DNA from: a virus
Lineage: Duplodnaviria; Caudoviricetes
Virus record (IMG/VR): IMGVR_UViG_3300031418_000003
Strand: one strand, 5' to 3'
Length of the DNA stretch: 64,000 nt
In this document: positions 10,220 through 18,912 of the stretch, in pieces
Layout: each line of letters opens with the position of its first letter
How positions within the stretch are numbered: the first letter of the stretch is position 1
Made by a program: the position numbers and the translations under genes
The notes under the pieces: generated by a model
The model's input: only the letters and a program-made list of their open reading frames with translations
The model's database searches: none
What the model was told of the DNA's origin: nothing

Positions 10220-10536
10220 TTCTTTATCTGACATTCTAAATCCTTGATATTGATCGTTGCGATGATAGGATTATTTATCCAGGGTCTACCTAGTGGTGCG
10301 TGAGGGTGACCCATCCCATGGGCTGGCTTAGGTGTTTGAAGTTTAAGTAGTTCTTCAACACTAACCCCGGTAAACTCGGAGATGTCATCAATGTGACATT
10401 CCAAGAGTTCTGGGAATTCATCATTCAATAACGCAGAGATAAACCGACCACTGTAATTATATTTACACTTAAATGAGATAAGCACTTCGGGTTTATCGAA
10501 CCCGTGTTTCTCTTTAAGAAGTTTACCGATCTCCAT
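10216..10536 (-). CDS. Hypothetical protein
   Basis: Start MEIGK preceded by GAGGA. Confidence 0.7.
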   Translation of the reverse strand: MEIGKLLKEKHGFDKPEVLISFKCKYNYSGRFISALLNDEFPELLECHIDDISEFTGVSVEELLKLQTPKPAHGMGHPHAPLGRPWINNPIIATINIKDLECQIKK

Positions 10537-10540
10537 TGGG

Positions 10541-11029
10541 TTAATCCTCTTTGCTGATAGGTAGATCAATAGCCTTACTCAGGTCGGTATAGGTGATATT
10601 GATCAGCATAAATTGTTTACTGCTTTCACTCCAAGCTTGAATCATGCCAGGAACAATCATGTTGAGTGATAGAGCAAAGTACTCTCTGCTTAGAACACCT
10701 TTGTGTTCCAGATAAACTTGTTCGTTACCTTTGAAGCAATGCCAGGTAACATACCCATCTTGGTCGAACAGTGTCTTTGACAGATAAATCCGGCCAAGAC
10801 GTTTGTCCTTTTTAAAGATGTCGAAATAAAATCCATCATGCAACCATGAGCCATCGATTCCGTATTCACCGATACACCCATCAACATAAGTATGTGCGTT
10901 ATGTTGTTCTGGGAACATCTTTTCTATTTCAACAAAGATCTGTTCGAATTCAAGTTGAATTTGGGCTTGTTTACGAGCACGTAGTTCTTTGCGGTATTTC
11001 TTGGAGAGCATCCTCTTTAACCAATTCAT
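10541..11029 (-). CDS. Hypothetical protein
   Basis: Start MNWLKR preceded by GAGG; longer ORF-track start overlaps the next gene. Confidence 0.72.
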   Translation of the reverse strand: MNWLKRMLSKKYRKELRARKQAQIQLEFEQIFVEIEKMFPEQHNAHTYVDGCIGEYGIDGSWLHDGFYFDIFKKDKRLGRIYLSKTLFDQDGYVTWHCFKGNEQVYLEHKGVLSREYFALSLNMIVPGMIQAWSESSKQFMLINITYTDLSKAIDLPISKED

Positions 11030-11036
11030 AAAAACC

Positions 11037-11375
11037 TCAATGAATAGTGGTGAGTGTGTTATAGACACGACTGATGAGATGGGTATTACGTTCGGCGAAT
11101 TTATCAACAATCCATTTCTCACCCATAGCGGTTGTATCGGCCAGTTGTTGAGGTCCGATTTTAAATGCAACCGTTGACCCATACCAGTCGACCACATAAA
11201 CTACCAGATTACCATCCTCACTGACGAAGTGGGCAACCACTTTGGTATCTCGATGTTCAAACTCTACCTTATCCTCGGTTTTGCCTTCTCCTACCAACTT
11301 GTAGAGATGCTTGATCACTGGGGTCATTAATTCTTTTAACTCGTTACGTAGTTTCTTACGCGTTACTAGGGTCAT
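11037..11375 (-). CDS. Hypothetical protein
   Basis: ORF in operon. Confidence 0.7.
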   Translation of the reverse strand: MTLVTRKKLRNELKELMTPVIKHLYKLVGEGKTEDKVEFEHRDTKVVAHFVSEDGNLVVYVVDWYGSTVAFKIGPQQLADTTAMGEKWIVDKFAERNTHLISRVYNTLTTIH

Positions 11376-11377
11376 TA

Positions 11378-11626
11378 TTAATATTTCTCCACAACGTTAC
11401 GATAGACTTGTTCCATCTGACCTGGAGTCGATTTGAAAATCCGGTCTAACTGACGGAAGGTTACAAAACCCAGCCACTCATGTTGACCATAATAGAGTTT
11501 GGTGGCAACTTCGACGGGTTGGTCAATCTCACTGATAAAGTCGTTAGGTTTTATAAGGTTCCGCACGCAAATACGACGGATGATTTCTGCGAATGCTGCA
11601 TTGATACGCGCTTGCTTAGTTTGCAT
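11378..11626 (-). CDS. Hypothetical protein
   Basis: ORF in operon. Confidence 0.68.
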   Translation of the reverse strand: MQTKQARINAAFAEIIRRICVRNLIKPNDFISEIDQPVEVATKLYYGQHEWLGFVTFRQLDRIFKSTPGQMEQVYRNVVEKY

Positions 11627-11640
11627 GATACTCTCTATAG

Positions 11641-12354
11641 TTAGACAGCGGATAATTTATTATTGGTTAAATCAATAACTCCGTGCATACCCATGACGCG
11701 AGTCTGTTTCATGATCTTACCTGTCACAATTCCCACTTGACCACACGGACCTATACTAAATTTTTCTTGCAGATCGGGAGTAGGAGAATATGTCATAATG
11801 TTACCGAGATGACATTCAATTGTCTCTTTAATAAAACGAACTGTTCTCGATGACGAATTTTGCCAAGCAACGGTCTTACCCATCCATTCAATTTCCGGTA
11901 GCTCGATGGAACTATCTTCCAGATGGATGAGGGGATACAAGAACGTGATAGAATCTTGAACCATCAAGATTTCCAGCATTCGGTTCTTATAGATCAACGC
12001 GTTACCTTTTAACTTGGTCAGCTCGTCACCTAACTTCTTCAGAGTGGGAAACTGTTCTTCTAATGTTGATTCTGGAAGATTTTTGGTTATTGCCCAGAAA
12101 TAGTTAAAACGCCAATCTTCACAAGCAACTTCTGCATTGTGGAAGTTAGACAATCTTGCTAGGAACAATTCTCTCTCATCATCCCAACCGTACATATCAG
12201 TTCCTGTATCTAAAAGAAACTTACGTGTATCGGCCCACGCCGGATTAGCATTCTGACTTTGTTCATTTTGAGATACTAACACGGCATCATAACCCATCAT
12301 TTCATCATAGGTTACTGTTTCAAGAAATTTAAGTGCAACGTCTTTATTAAGCAT
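11641..12354 (-). CDS. Hypothetical protein
   Basis: Start MLNKDV preceded by GAGAGAG. Confidence 0.72.
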   Translation of the reverse strand: MLNKDVALKFLETVTYDEMMGYDAVLVSQNEQSQNANPAWADTRKFLLDTGTDMYGWDDERELFLARLSNFHNAEVACEDWRFNYFWAITKNLPESTLEEQFPTLKKLGDELTKLKGNALIYKNRMLEILMVQDSITFLYPLIHLEDSSIELPEIEWMGKTVAWQNSSSRTVRFIKETIECHLGNIMTYSPTPDLQEKFSIGPCGQVGIVTGKIMKQTRVMGMHGVIDLTNNKLSAV

Positions 12355-12429
12355 GAGTAATTCTCTCTCTAAGGTTAGGTTAGCAAGATGACCCAGCCGA
12401 AGCCAGATCATCTTAGTAGTGGTTTATAT

Positions 12430-12789
12430 TTAATCGGCCCAGCTAATGACCAATGTCTGACCTGCTTCAAAAGCAAACGTATCACGCTGCTCTTTCAATG
12501 CCTCAATCAGACGACCTGATTTAAACTGTATCCCTTCACCCCATTCTCCCTGACGTTCTTCCAAACCTGCAACAATCCGATCAATCAACTCTGGACTCAG
12601 TACGTGGAAGTTTTCTTCTTCGTCGTAATCAACATCCAGAATCTCCATCAGTGCATCACACATCTCACCAATGCGAGGATCCCGATAAATCTCATTGGCA
12701 GCGTACTCGTACTCACTAACGTCAAGGATGGGCTTCAGCTCAGTAATAAGCTCATCATCGATAACGGATAACTTAACGTACTTGGCCAT
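12430..12789 (-). CDS. Hypothetical acidic protein
   Basis: ORF with AAGGA RBS. Confidence 0.75.
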   Translation of the reverse strand: MAKYVKLSVIDDELITELKPILDVSEYEYAANEIYRDPRIGEMCDALMEILDVDYDEEENFHVLSPELIDRIVAGLEERQGEWGEGIQFKSGRLIEALKEQRDTFAFEAGQTLVISWAD

Positions 12790-12800
12790 AACAGAAATCC

Positions 12801-13322
12801 TTAAGTGGTGGTGTGACCCCGTGTGTTGAGTTTGGTAATGAAATTACCCAGCACACTCATCACGATATCGTCTTTAATAAAATCACTGCCGATATGGTAT
12901 TGAATCTCAGGCGCACTTGTTCTAACTGTGATCATATCAATCTGAATAACAATCTTGCCCAACGGGCTTTTGCTGTTGACATGATCCACATCAATGGATG
13001 ACGGGATCCCACCGTTCGGGGTAAAGACATACCCATTTACCGTAAGCGGCGTAAAATCTTTGAGCTTGTGTCCCTTCAACAGATTCAGGACCTCAGAGAA
13101 CTTAATAACAAAGTGTAACAAGGACTGTGTATCACACTGATCTATGTCCGTTGTAAACTTATCAACGAATGTCTCCAATAAACACTTTCGGAGTTCAGGC
13201 TCAGACATAGGGAACTGCTGTTGCAAACTCGAAGACATCGACTCAATATCTTTCTCAATCTTCTTTTTTAATTTAGCCGCATAGATATCGACTGACTTTT
13301 GAAGTTCCTCTTTAACGTTCAT
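12801..13322 (-). CDS. Hypothetical protein
   Basis: ORF with AGGA RBS. Confidence 0.75.
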   Translation of the reverse strand: MNVKEELQKSVDIYAAKLKKKIEKDIESMSSSLQQQFPMSEPELRKCLLETFVDKFTTDIDQCDTQSLLHFVIKFSEVLNLLKGHKLKDFTPLTVNGYVFTPNGGIPSSIDVDHVNSKSPLGKIVIQIDMITVRTSAPEIQYHIGSDFIKDDIVMSVLGNFITKLNTRGHTTT

Positions 13323-13635
13323 TTAAAATCCTAAAAATAATAACACTCCAGAATAGCCTCAGCTACCTGTTAGGGTAACCAAGGTTCATATATTTAATTT
13401 CAGGATTTTTTATTTTCCCTAATTCCCTTTTATCCTTTTGTATATTCTCTTTAATTACTATATCTGAATTACTTATATTACATAAGTAGTGGGATTCTCC
13501 CAACGTCAACGTCAAGGGAGATCCCCCCTATTATCCCCCCTTAATGTCATCTTTTTCAAGAGACACTGAGAAGAGATAATAGGAAAGAAAAGAGAATTAT
13601 AATGCATAGTATATAAAAGGGATTTAAGAATTTAC

Positions 13636-14019
13636 TTAAGCCGTTTCGTTTAACCTGGGAATCCCGTACTCAACAATGGTCCCTACGAAGCTAAGTTTAG
13701 ACTTTACTCCATCGGCTTCAACCAGGATATGAACACGGTTACTCTCAAATTCGCGATCCAGAACGATATCTACACCCGGAACCATATCGCCCACTTTCTT
13801 AACGATCTTAAGCAGTTCTGAATAATGCAAGGCGTTATGCACTTTCAGACATTTGTTGATCTCGATCTCAATGTTTCCGTACGCGCACTGAACATCCTTG
13901 ATTGATTTCTTCAGGTCGTACGACTCACCGATAATCACACAAGTCAACCAGATGGCACCTACGGCGACTGCGATCACAATGATCAGTAGGATCCATCCCA
14001 GCAATTGATAATTAGGCAT
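13636..14019 (-). CDS. Membrane-anchored hypothetical protein
   Basis: N-terminal hydrophobic helix LLGWILLIIVIAVAVGAIWLTCVII. Confidence 0.75.
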   Translation of the reverse strand: MPNYQLLGWILLIIVIAVAVGAIWLTCVIIGESYDLKKSIKDVQCAYGNIEIEINKCLKVHNALHYSELLKIVKKVGDMVPGVDIVLDREFESNRVHILVEADGVKSKLSFVGTIVEYGIPRLNETA

Positions 14020-14060
14020 TTTCTTATTCTCTTTTTAAACGAAACGGCAAAGGGGTAACA

Positions 14061-14082
14061 GGTAGAGGGAACGCCCTCTACC
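14061..14082. terminator. Terminator hairpin (family, arms swapped)
   Basis: GGTAGAGGG-aacg-CCCTCTACC. Confidence 0.7.
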
Positions 14083-14090
14083 CACCACGT

Positions 14091-14768
14091 TTACTTTAAG
14101 TTTACATCAACGTGCTCAAGCAGAGCTTCACGCAGCCACTTGTTGACTGGGTCGGTTGCTTGGTTTGCGTAGTAGCTACGCATGATCCCAGCATGAACCG
14201 GGATGTACTCCGTGAGACTACCTTTGATGTTGCCAGTGTGGATATCCACAAACACATGCAGCCTGTTAGTCAGTCCACGTTGTACGGTTACCCGCGTTTG
14301 TAAAAGCTGATCGAGGTAGAAAGTCCCATAAGAGATATCTTTCACATTCTGCTTAAAGGTCAAACGCTTCAGCCAGCCAATGTCGGTGATAAACGGTTTG
14401 ATGTTTACCCGCTTGATACTGGCAATGATGATATTGATCGAATCGTTGTAGGACGGACGGAATTCCTTATGGAACCAAACTTCCAACTGATTCAATATCG
14501 ATTTGCTGATTGTGGGTGTTTTACCCAGCTTGATCTCTTTATGATCGACCACACCTGCGATACAGATGACCAGGTAATACAGACCTTCTCGCAGCATAAT
14601 GGAGGCAGTGACACCATCAGCAGAGAAAAGGGACTTCATTGGATAGCTGACCCCAGTTGGTTCCAGTACCAGTTTTTCCAGACGCTTGTTGACCGCAGTA
14701 ATGTTGGCGGACAAGATGCTTAGGAACATCCGGAGATAAACGACGGCTACATTCTTATAGTCAAACAT
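14091..14768 (-). CDS. Hypothetical protein
   Basis: ORF with GAGG RBS. Confidence 0.75.
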   Translation of the reverse strand: MFDYKNVAVVYLRMFLSILSANITAVNKRLEKLVLEPTGVSYPMKSLFSADGVTASIMLREGLYYLVICIAGVVDHKEIKLGKTPTISKSILNQLEVWFHKEFRPSYNDSINIIIASIKRVNIKPFITDIGWLKRLTFKQNVKDISYGTFYLDQLLQTRVTVQRGLTNRLHVFVDIHTGNIKGSLTEYIPVHAGIMRSYYANQATDPVNKWLREALLEHVDVNLK

Positions 14769-14902
14769 TAACTATATCCTCAGAGTTTAAGTGTGTATCA
14801 AAGGTGTGTAATGTCCATATTTGTTGTATTCGTCCTCACACTACAAATGCAGTATGGGATCACAATATAGAAATTACTTGAGTAGACTAAAATTAAATTG
14901 AG

Positions 14903-15274
14903 TTATTTAGAAGCTGAGTTGATCAACTTATCCATGACTTCTTTGATGATGATCTCAATATCCGTTGGATCGGGGACTTCGCACAGTTTGTCCTTTGCAA
15001 GCTTACGCTGCAGGTTAGCCATGACCGCGTTAAAAATTGTATCCAGGTCAATGTCCAGCACATCTTCGTACTTCAGCACTTCATGATAAACCCGCAGGTA
15101 ATCTAAGTGAACGATTTCTTTACTGCGTGATTTAGAGCCTGCGAATTTAGCTTTACGAGTCATAAATAATTTCCTTCTGTATGGATGTGTGGCACGATGC
15201 CAAGAAAAACGACACAGGCCGGCAATCAGCCAGCCCGTTGTAAATAATGCGATGATGAAATAAACGATCTTCAC
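14903..15274 (-). CDS. Membrane-anchored hypothetical protein
   Basis: GTG start, N-terminal hydrophobic helix. Confidence 0.7.
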   Translation of the reverse strand: MKIVYFIIALFTTGWLIAGLCRFSWHRATHPYRRKLFMTRKAKFAGSKSRSKEIVHLDYLRVYHEVLKYEDVLDIDLDTIFNAVMANLQRKLAKDKLCEVPDPTDIEIIIKEVMDKLINSASK

Positions 15275-15877
15275 TTAAACCTCAAAAAGTTTCTCCGGAC
15301 TCACTACCTGAAGGTTCTCATCTCTGATCTCACTCAGAGCACCATTGATGACCATGCCTTCGAAAATGTGGTATGTTCCGCCCTTGTTGATATGAACCTC
15401 AAACTGCGCGTCAAAGGTTTTGGTAAAACGATGAGGGTACAATACTTTATAACCCAGACAATACTCCAGATTATTTTTACTTTCTGATCGCCAGAACGAA
15501 ACCGTCTTCTTAATATACTCGGATGCTTCATAAGTCAACCAGGTATCAATGATACGGGCAAACAAATTAAAGCGAGTATTAATTTTGTCGTTCATCCTGA
15601 AGACGAAGTCGTGATTGCGGACTTCCTGGAGAATGAACTTACGGATCCCTTCTTTAGGGCGAGTGAATTTAATTTCACCATCCCGCTCAACGCCGAAGAT
15701 ATGGAGATGCATGGAGTGATTGATAATGAACTCAATTCCCACCATTGGCACTGACGTTAATTCAATGGGTTTGAGAGCGGATGGATCAACTTGGTAGACT
15801 TTGATCTGTTGTACAGTAAAATGTTCGTTCAGCAGATCGGTAAATTGGGTACGTACGTTTTCAAAGTTCATAATCAT
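15275..15877 (-). CDS. Hypothetical protein
   Basis: First ORF after a promoter motif; AGGA RBS. Confidence 0.75.
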   Translation of the reverse strand: MIMNFENVRTQFTDLLNEHFTVQQIKVYQVDPSALKPIELTSVPMVGIEFIINHSMHLHIFGVERDGEIKFTRPKEGIRKFILQEVRNHDFVFRMNDKINTRFNLFARIIDTWLTYEASEYIKKTVSFWRSESKNNLEYCLGYKVLYPHRFTKTFDAQFEVHINKGGTYHIFEGMVINGALSEIRDENLQVVSPEKLFEV

Positions 15878-15915
15878 TCCTAAGGTTAATAACTAAGGTT
15901 AGTAATAGCCCTATA

Positions 15916-15930
15916 ATAATATCTGCTTAA
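15916..15930 (-). promoter_or_regulatory. Phage promoter motif (imperfect copy)
   Basis: TTAAGCAGATATTAT on the minus strand. Confidence 0.55.
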
Positions 15931-16006
15931 ATAATTATGACAAGTATTTATTTTATGTAAGAAACACCTGACATGTTCTCTACTTTTTTATGGGAGTCTT
16001 AATCTA

Positions 16007-16491
16007 TTGCCAGAGAGCCCATAACGAAGTATGACCGCCATCGTGCTTCGAGGTAACAGCCTTGTTCGTCCAATTACTATTTATGCCAAGGGAGAGTGCT
16101 ACCGTTCTCTCCCTTTCTTTGAATATATTCGCTGAGTGTATTGAAAGAAAGTGTGGGGGCATACTTTCATTCTGCTGTGTAGTAAGGTCATGATAAACAA
16201 AGCCCAGAGGCTCGGTCTTCCTTTTCCTCCTTCCTCTGGGCTTTTATCGTGTGTTTCTCTATATTAATTTTTTTTTTGCTGTAAGTTGATATAGAGAAAT
16301 GACGCGCTGTTATTTCTGCTCTTGTTGCTTAGCCTGAACGTTTGGCAAGGGGGATCGACATCCCCCTCTTTCTATATGCATTTGCGAGTGTCTATAGAAA
16401 GCGAACGCCTAGCTGGTATCGCTTGCTTGATGGAAGTGCCACTCTATCAAGTTCTTCAGCCCTATATGTTGCTGTGTGCTTATAGGGCTCT
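16007..16491 (+). ncRNA. Putative structured non-coding RNA or long leader (about 10 consecutive hairpins)
   Basis: No credible ORF; many 8-12 bp inverted repeats plus nested long-range pairs. Confidence 0.45.
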
Positions 16492-16511
16492 TTTTCTTTT
16501 TAAGGATTAAT

Positions 16512-16811
16512 ATGCCACAAGTAGAATCAGCTAGTCCAGTTCTGGTAACTTACGGTGTTGCTAACGAAGCAATGTTTTCTACATTAGAAAGCAAGAAGCT
16601 CAAAAAGTACGCACGCGTGGGTTGGAACGGAAAGAACCTGCATGTTCAGGTACATGGTAGTATTCCAACTAATCAGGTAGATCTGGGTAACGGCGATAAC
16701 GCATACCTTAACCCGTTCCTTGTTATCGTTAACAAAGATCGTGGCTCGGTAGACACCTGGGTTCCATCAATCTCTGACCTTCAAGGCAAAGATTGGTACG
16801 AAGTAATTTAA
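16512..16811 (+). CDS. tad2: DUF2829 / Tad2-like nucleotide-sponge anti-defence protein
   Basis: ARVGWNGK, NPFLVI and WVPSISDLQGKDW motifs typical of DUF2829; AAGGA RBS before MPQVES. Confidence 0.75.
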   Translation: MPQVESASPVLVTYGVANEAMFSTLESKKLKKYARVGWNGKNLHVQVHGSIPTNQVDLGNGDNAYLNPFLVIVNKDRGSVDTWVPSISDLQGKDWYEVI

Positions 16812-17043
16812 TAATGCAGAGTTTATACTCTGTAAAAGAATTCCAGCCGGAGAGTGTAGCACCTTAGCTGAGTGCATCCGGTATCTCTCCCGACTCTACA
16901 TGTTCCAGTCAACGGGAAAAGATCCAGATCGACAGGACCACAATTAGGTTGATCAATCAATAGATAAGTTTTATGTCGAAATGAGAACAGTCCTTTCACA
17001 GCTTCTGAAAGTACACCAACTGTATCTAATCGAGATTAAATAG

Positions 17044-17268
17044 ATGAAACTTTATCTTATTGAACGTACCGATAAATGTCGGCATTACGATAACTATTTT
17101 GCTACAGTGGTAGCAGCGCCAACAGAGGAAAGATCACGTGAGTTAGCGTTGGCTTTATTCGCTGAGGGAGATCAATCATCTTCGGATGAATTCCTCAACG
17201 TAAGCACGGTCGCTATAAGCGCTCTTGTCCCTGAGGGTATAATCTTATCCGAGTATAATGCTGGATAA
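17044..17268 (+). CDS. Small hypothetical protein (YDNYFATVVAAPTEERSR)
   Basis: ORF in the rightward operon. Confidence 0.7.
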   Translation: MKLYLIERTDKCRHYDNYFATVVAAPTEERSRELALALFAEGDQSSSDEFLNVSTVAISALVPEGIILSEYNAG

Positions 17269-17276
17269 GAGTAATG

Positions 17277-17331
17277 GCCGCCTGTAATACCCGAGCAATC
17301 GGGAATTACTGATTTGAATATCAAAGGCGGC
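17277..17331 (+). ncRNA. Small three-way-junction RNA structure
   Basis: GCCGCCT/AGGCGGC closing stem; GTAAT-CCCGA-gcaa-TCGGG-ATTAC; TGAT/ATCA. Confidence 0.5.
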
Positions 17332-17406
17332 AATATTATTAAGAGTTCATCTTATTTATCTTTTGACTGAACTGTCTCAGTCGATAAAAATATAAAGGTA
17401 AGTAAA

Positions 17407-17922
17407 ATGGATTCTATTGGGATGCTGTTAGTTGTGCTGGTTGTAGGTGTACTTATTGGTGTTGCACTTTACCATTTCTTCTCTAAGAAGAAAGAGGGTA
17501 ATATCGGCACCGATCCAAAACTGCAGGCTTATGTGGACTCCGTCCAAAGTCAGCTGCAAGCGCAGGTGAATGAACTTAAAACCAAACTTCTTCCTGCCGA
17601 TGTCCAAGAGAAACTCAAGGATGTTGGCGATGGGTTATGGGAAACGTTCAAAGCAAAAGTCCTGGCTGATTTAACAGAACTGAAAGAACACGGCTTGACC
17701 CATGTTGCAAATATCGATGCTGTTGTTCAACAGGTTGAGAACTTCACCAAAGAAGAACTGGTGAAACTTCATCTTGAAAAAGAAGAAGCACAGACCCCAG
17801 TTCCAAAACCTGTGGTAATAGGAAGTGATCCTATCTTGACCGTTTCACCTGCAGGTCCACAAACTGTGGTCTCTTCTGCACCGACGGTTCCTGTTGCTGA
17901 TGATCAGAACAAAACAGTTTAA
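17407..17922 (+). CDS. Type II membrane protein with coiled coil and Pro-rich tail
   Basis: N-terminal TM helix followed by KKK, then a heptad-rich segment. Confidence 0.75.
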   Translation: MDSIGMLLVVLVVGVLIGVALYHFFSKKKEGNIGTDPKLQAYVDSVQSQLQAQVNELKTKLLPADVQEKLKDVGDGLWETFKAKVLADLTELKEHGLTHVANIDAVVQQVENFTKEELVKLHLEKEEAQTPVPKPVVIGSDPILTVSPAGPQTVVSSAPTVPVADDQNKTV

Positions 17923-17931
17923 TAGTTAGTT

Positions 17932-17956
17932 ACCTGGGTCTCGTGCCCAGGTTTTT
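17932..17956 (+). terminator. Terminator
   Basis: ACCTGGG-tctcgtg-CCCAGGT then TTTT. Confidence 0.7.
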
Positions 17957-18000
17957 CTACCTTCTCTTCTTAAAGTTTTATTACGATAGAATTTTAAGAA

Positions 18001-18366
18001 GGGCGGTACCGATTCCGTCTCGGTGGTCGAGGGCTAGGCGTGCGAAGGGAGTAGGGATGCGACATCCCTATGATATGTCTTGGTTGTAATAGCTTCCAAG
18101 TAACTCTAGATGAGACAAATGACCCCGGCAGCCAGCCGGTTAAACATTGTGCGGAATCACAATGAGGGGCAAAGACTCTTGCATAAAGATTTATTAATAT
18201 AAGTCTTTGAGCGAGCGTTTCGGGTTGGGTGCGCCAAAGGAGCCATCGTAGGCCAGGTCTGAGGGATAGTGACATAGTCACGTGATGTCAGAAGCGGGTT
18301 GCCGTGAGGTAATCAAACCGAGTACAGTTGGACTTTGTCTGACCTGGGAGTTAGTGACTCCCACCA
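18001..18366 (+). ncRNA. Unclassified GC-rich structured RNA of about 365 nt ending in a hairpin plus ACCA
   Basis: Multiple helices; GC-rich relative to flanks; 3' GGGAG-ttagtga-CTCCC-ACCA. Confidence 0.55.
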
Positions 18367-18367
18367 A

Positions 18368-18404
18368 GCTTCCATAGTTCAGTCGGTAGAACGAGGTATC
18401 TGAT
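18368..18404 (+). pseudogene. 5' half of a tRNA (remnant) fused to the HNH start
   Basis: GCTTCCA-TA-GTTC-AGTCGGTA-GAAC-G = acceptor strand, U8A9, perfect D-arm; no T-arm or 3' acceptor strand found. Confidence 0.6.
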
Positions 18405-18876
18405 GGATTTAAATGATTTAATGGTTCTTAAGGATAAGATAACCCGTGATCCAGAAACTAACTGTTGGAACTGGAATAAAAGCACCAGGGAAGGCTATGG
18501 TCAGATAACGATAGATGGGGTGCATTGGACCACACATCGGTATGTTGCCACAATCATCTTTGGCGTTATTCCAGAAGGCCATGTAGTGAGACATTCTTGC
18601 GATAACAGATTGTGCTGTAATCCAGGTCATTTAAGACTGGGAACACATAAAGATAACTGGAAAGATTCTGAGTCAGTTCACAGGGAATCTCATGTTAAGA
18701 TGAGAAGGGCATTAGGTTGGACAGTTGGAGATACGATTTATCCGACATCCAGAACAGCTCAGAAAGAAACAGGACTTCCTATGAAAACTCTAATGAGACA
18801 TATGAAGAACGGGATCTTCGATTTGGAAGCGTATCGCTCCGGATGTAAAAAGCGGGGAGTAATCCCTAAAGTTTAG
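18403..18876 (+). CDS. HNH homing endonuclease
   Basis: CWNW...GYG...HR...VVRHSCDNRLCCNPGHL...THKDN motif; GAGGT RBS. Confidence 0.9.
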   Translation: MDLNDLMVLKDKITRDPETNCWNWNKSTREGYGQITIDGVHWTTHRYVATIIFGVIPEGHVVRHSCDNRLCCNPGHLRLGTHKDNWKDSESVHRESHVKMRRALGWTVGDTIYPTSRTAQKETGLPMKTLMRHMKNGIFDLEAYRSGCKKRGVIPKV

Positions 18877-18912
18877 CTTTTAGCAAGACTTGAACTTGCT
18901 AAAAGAGTCAAA

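Noticed and set aside
16814-17043. Possible degenerate ORF (needs one frameshift and one read-through TAG)
   Set aside because: No recognisable homology; could be assembled by chance
17994-18281. Minus-strand 95-aa ORF over the structured RNA
   Set aside because: Antisense to the rightward island, no RBS, low-quality composition; explained by GC-rich RNA
18285-18322. Group II intron domain V-like hairpin (AGCGG-GTTGCC-GTGA-GGTAAT)
   Set aside because: Lower stem too short, no domain VI or splice-site consensus, no RT gene
18001-18374. Calling the element a tmRNA (ssrA)
   Set aside because: No 5'/3' acceptor-stem pairing with G3-U70, no canonical T-loop, no convincing tag reading frame; kept as unclassified
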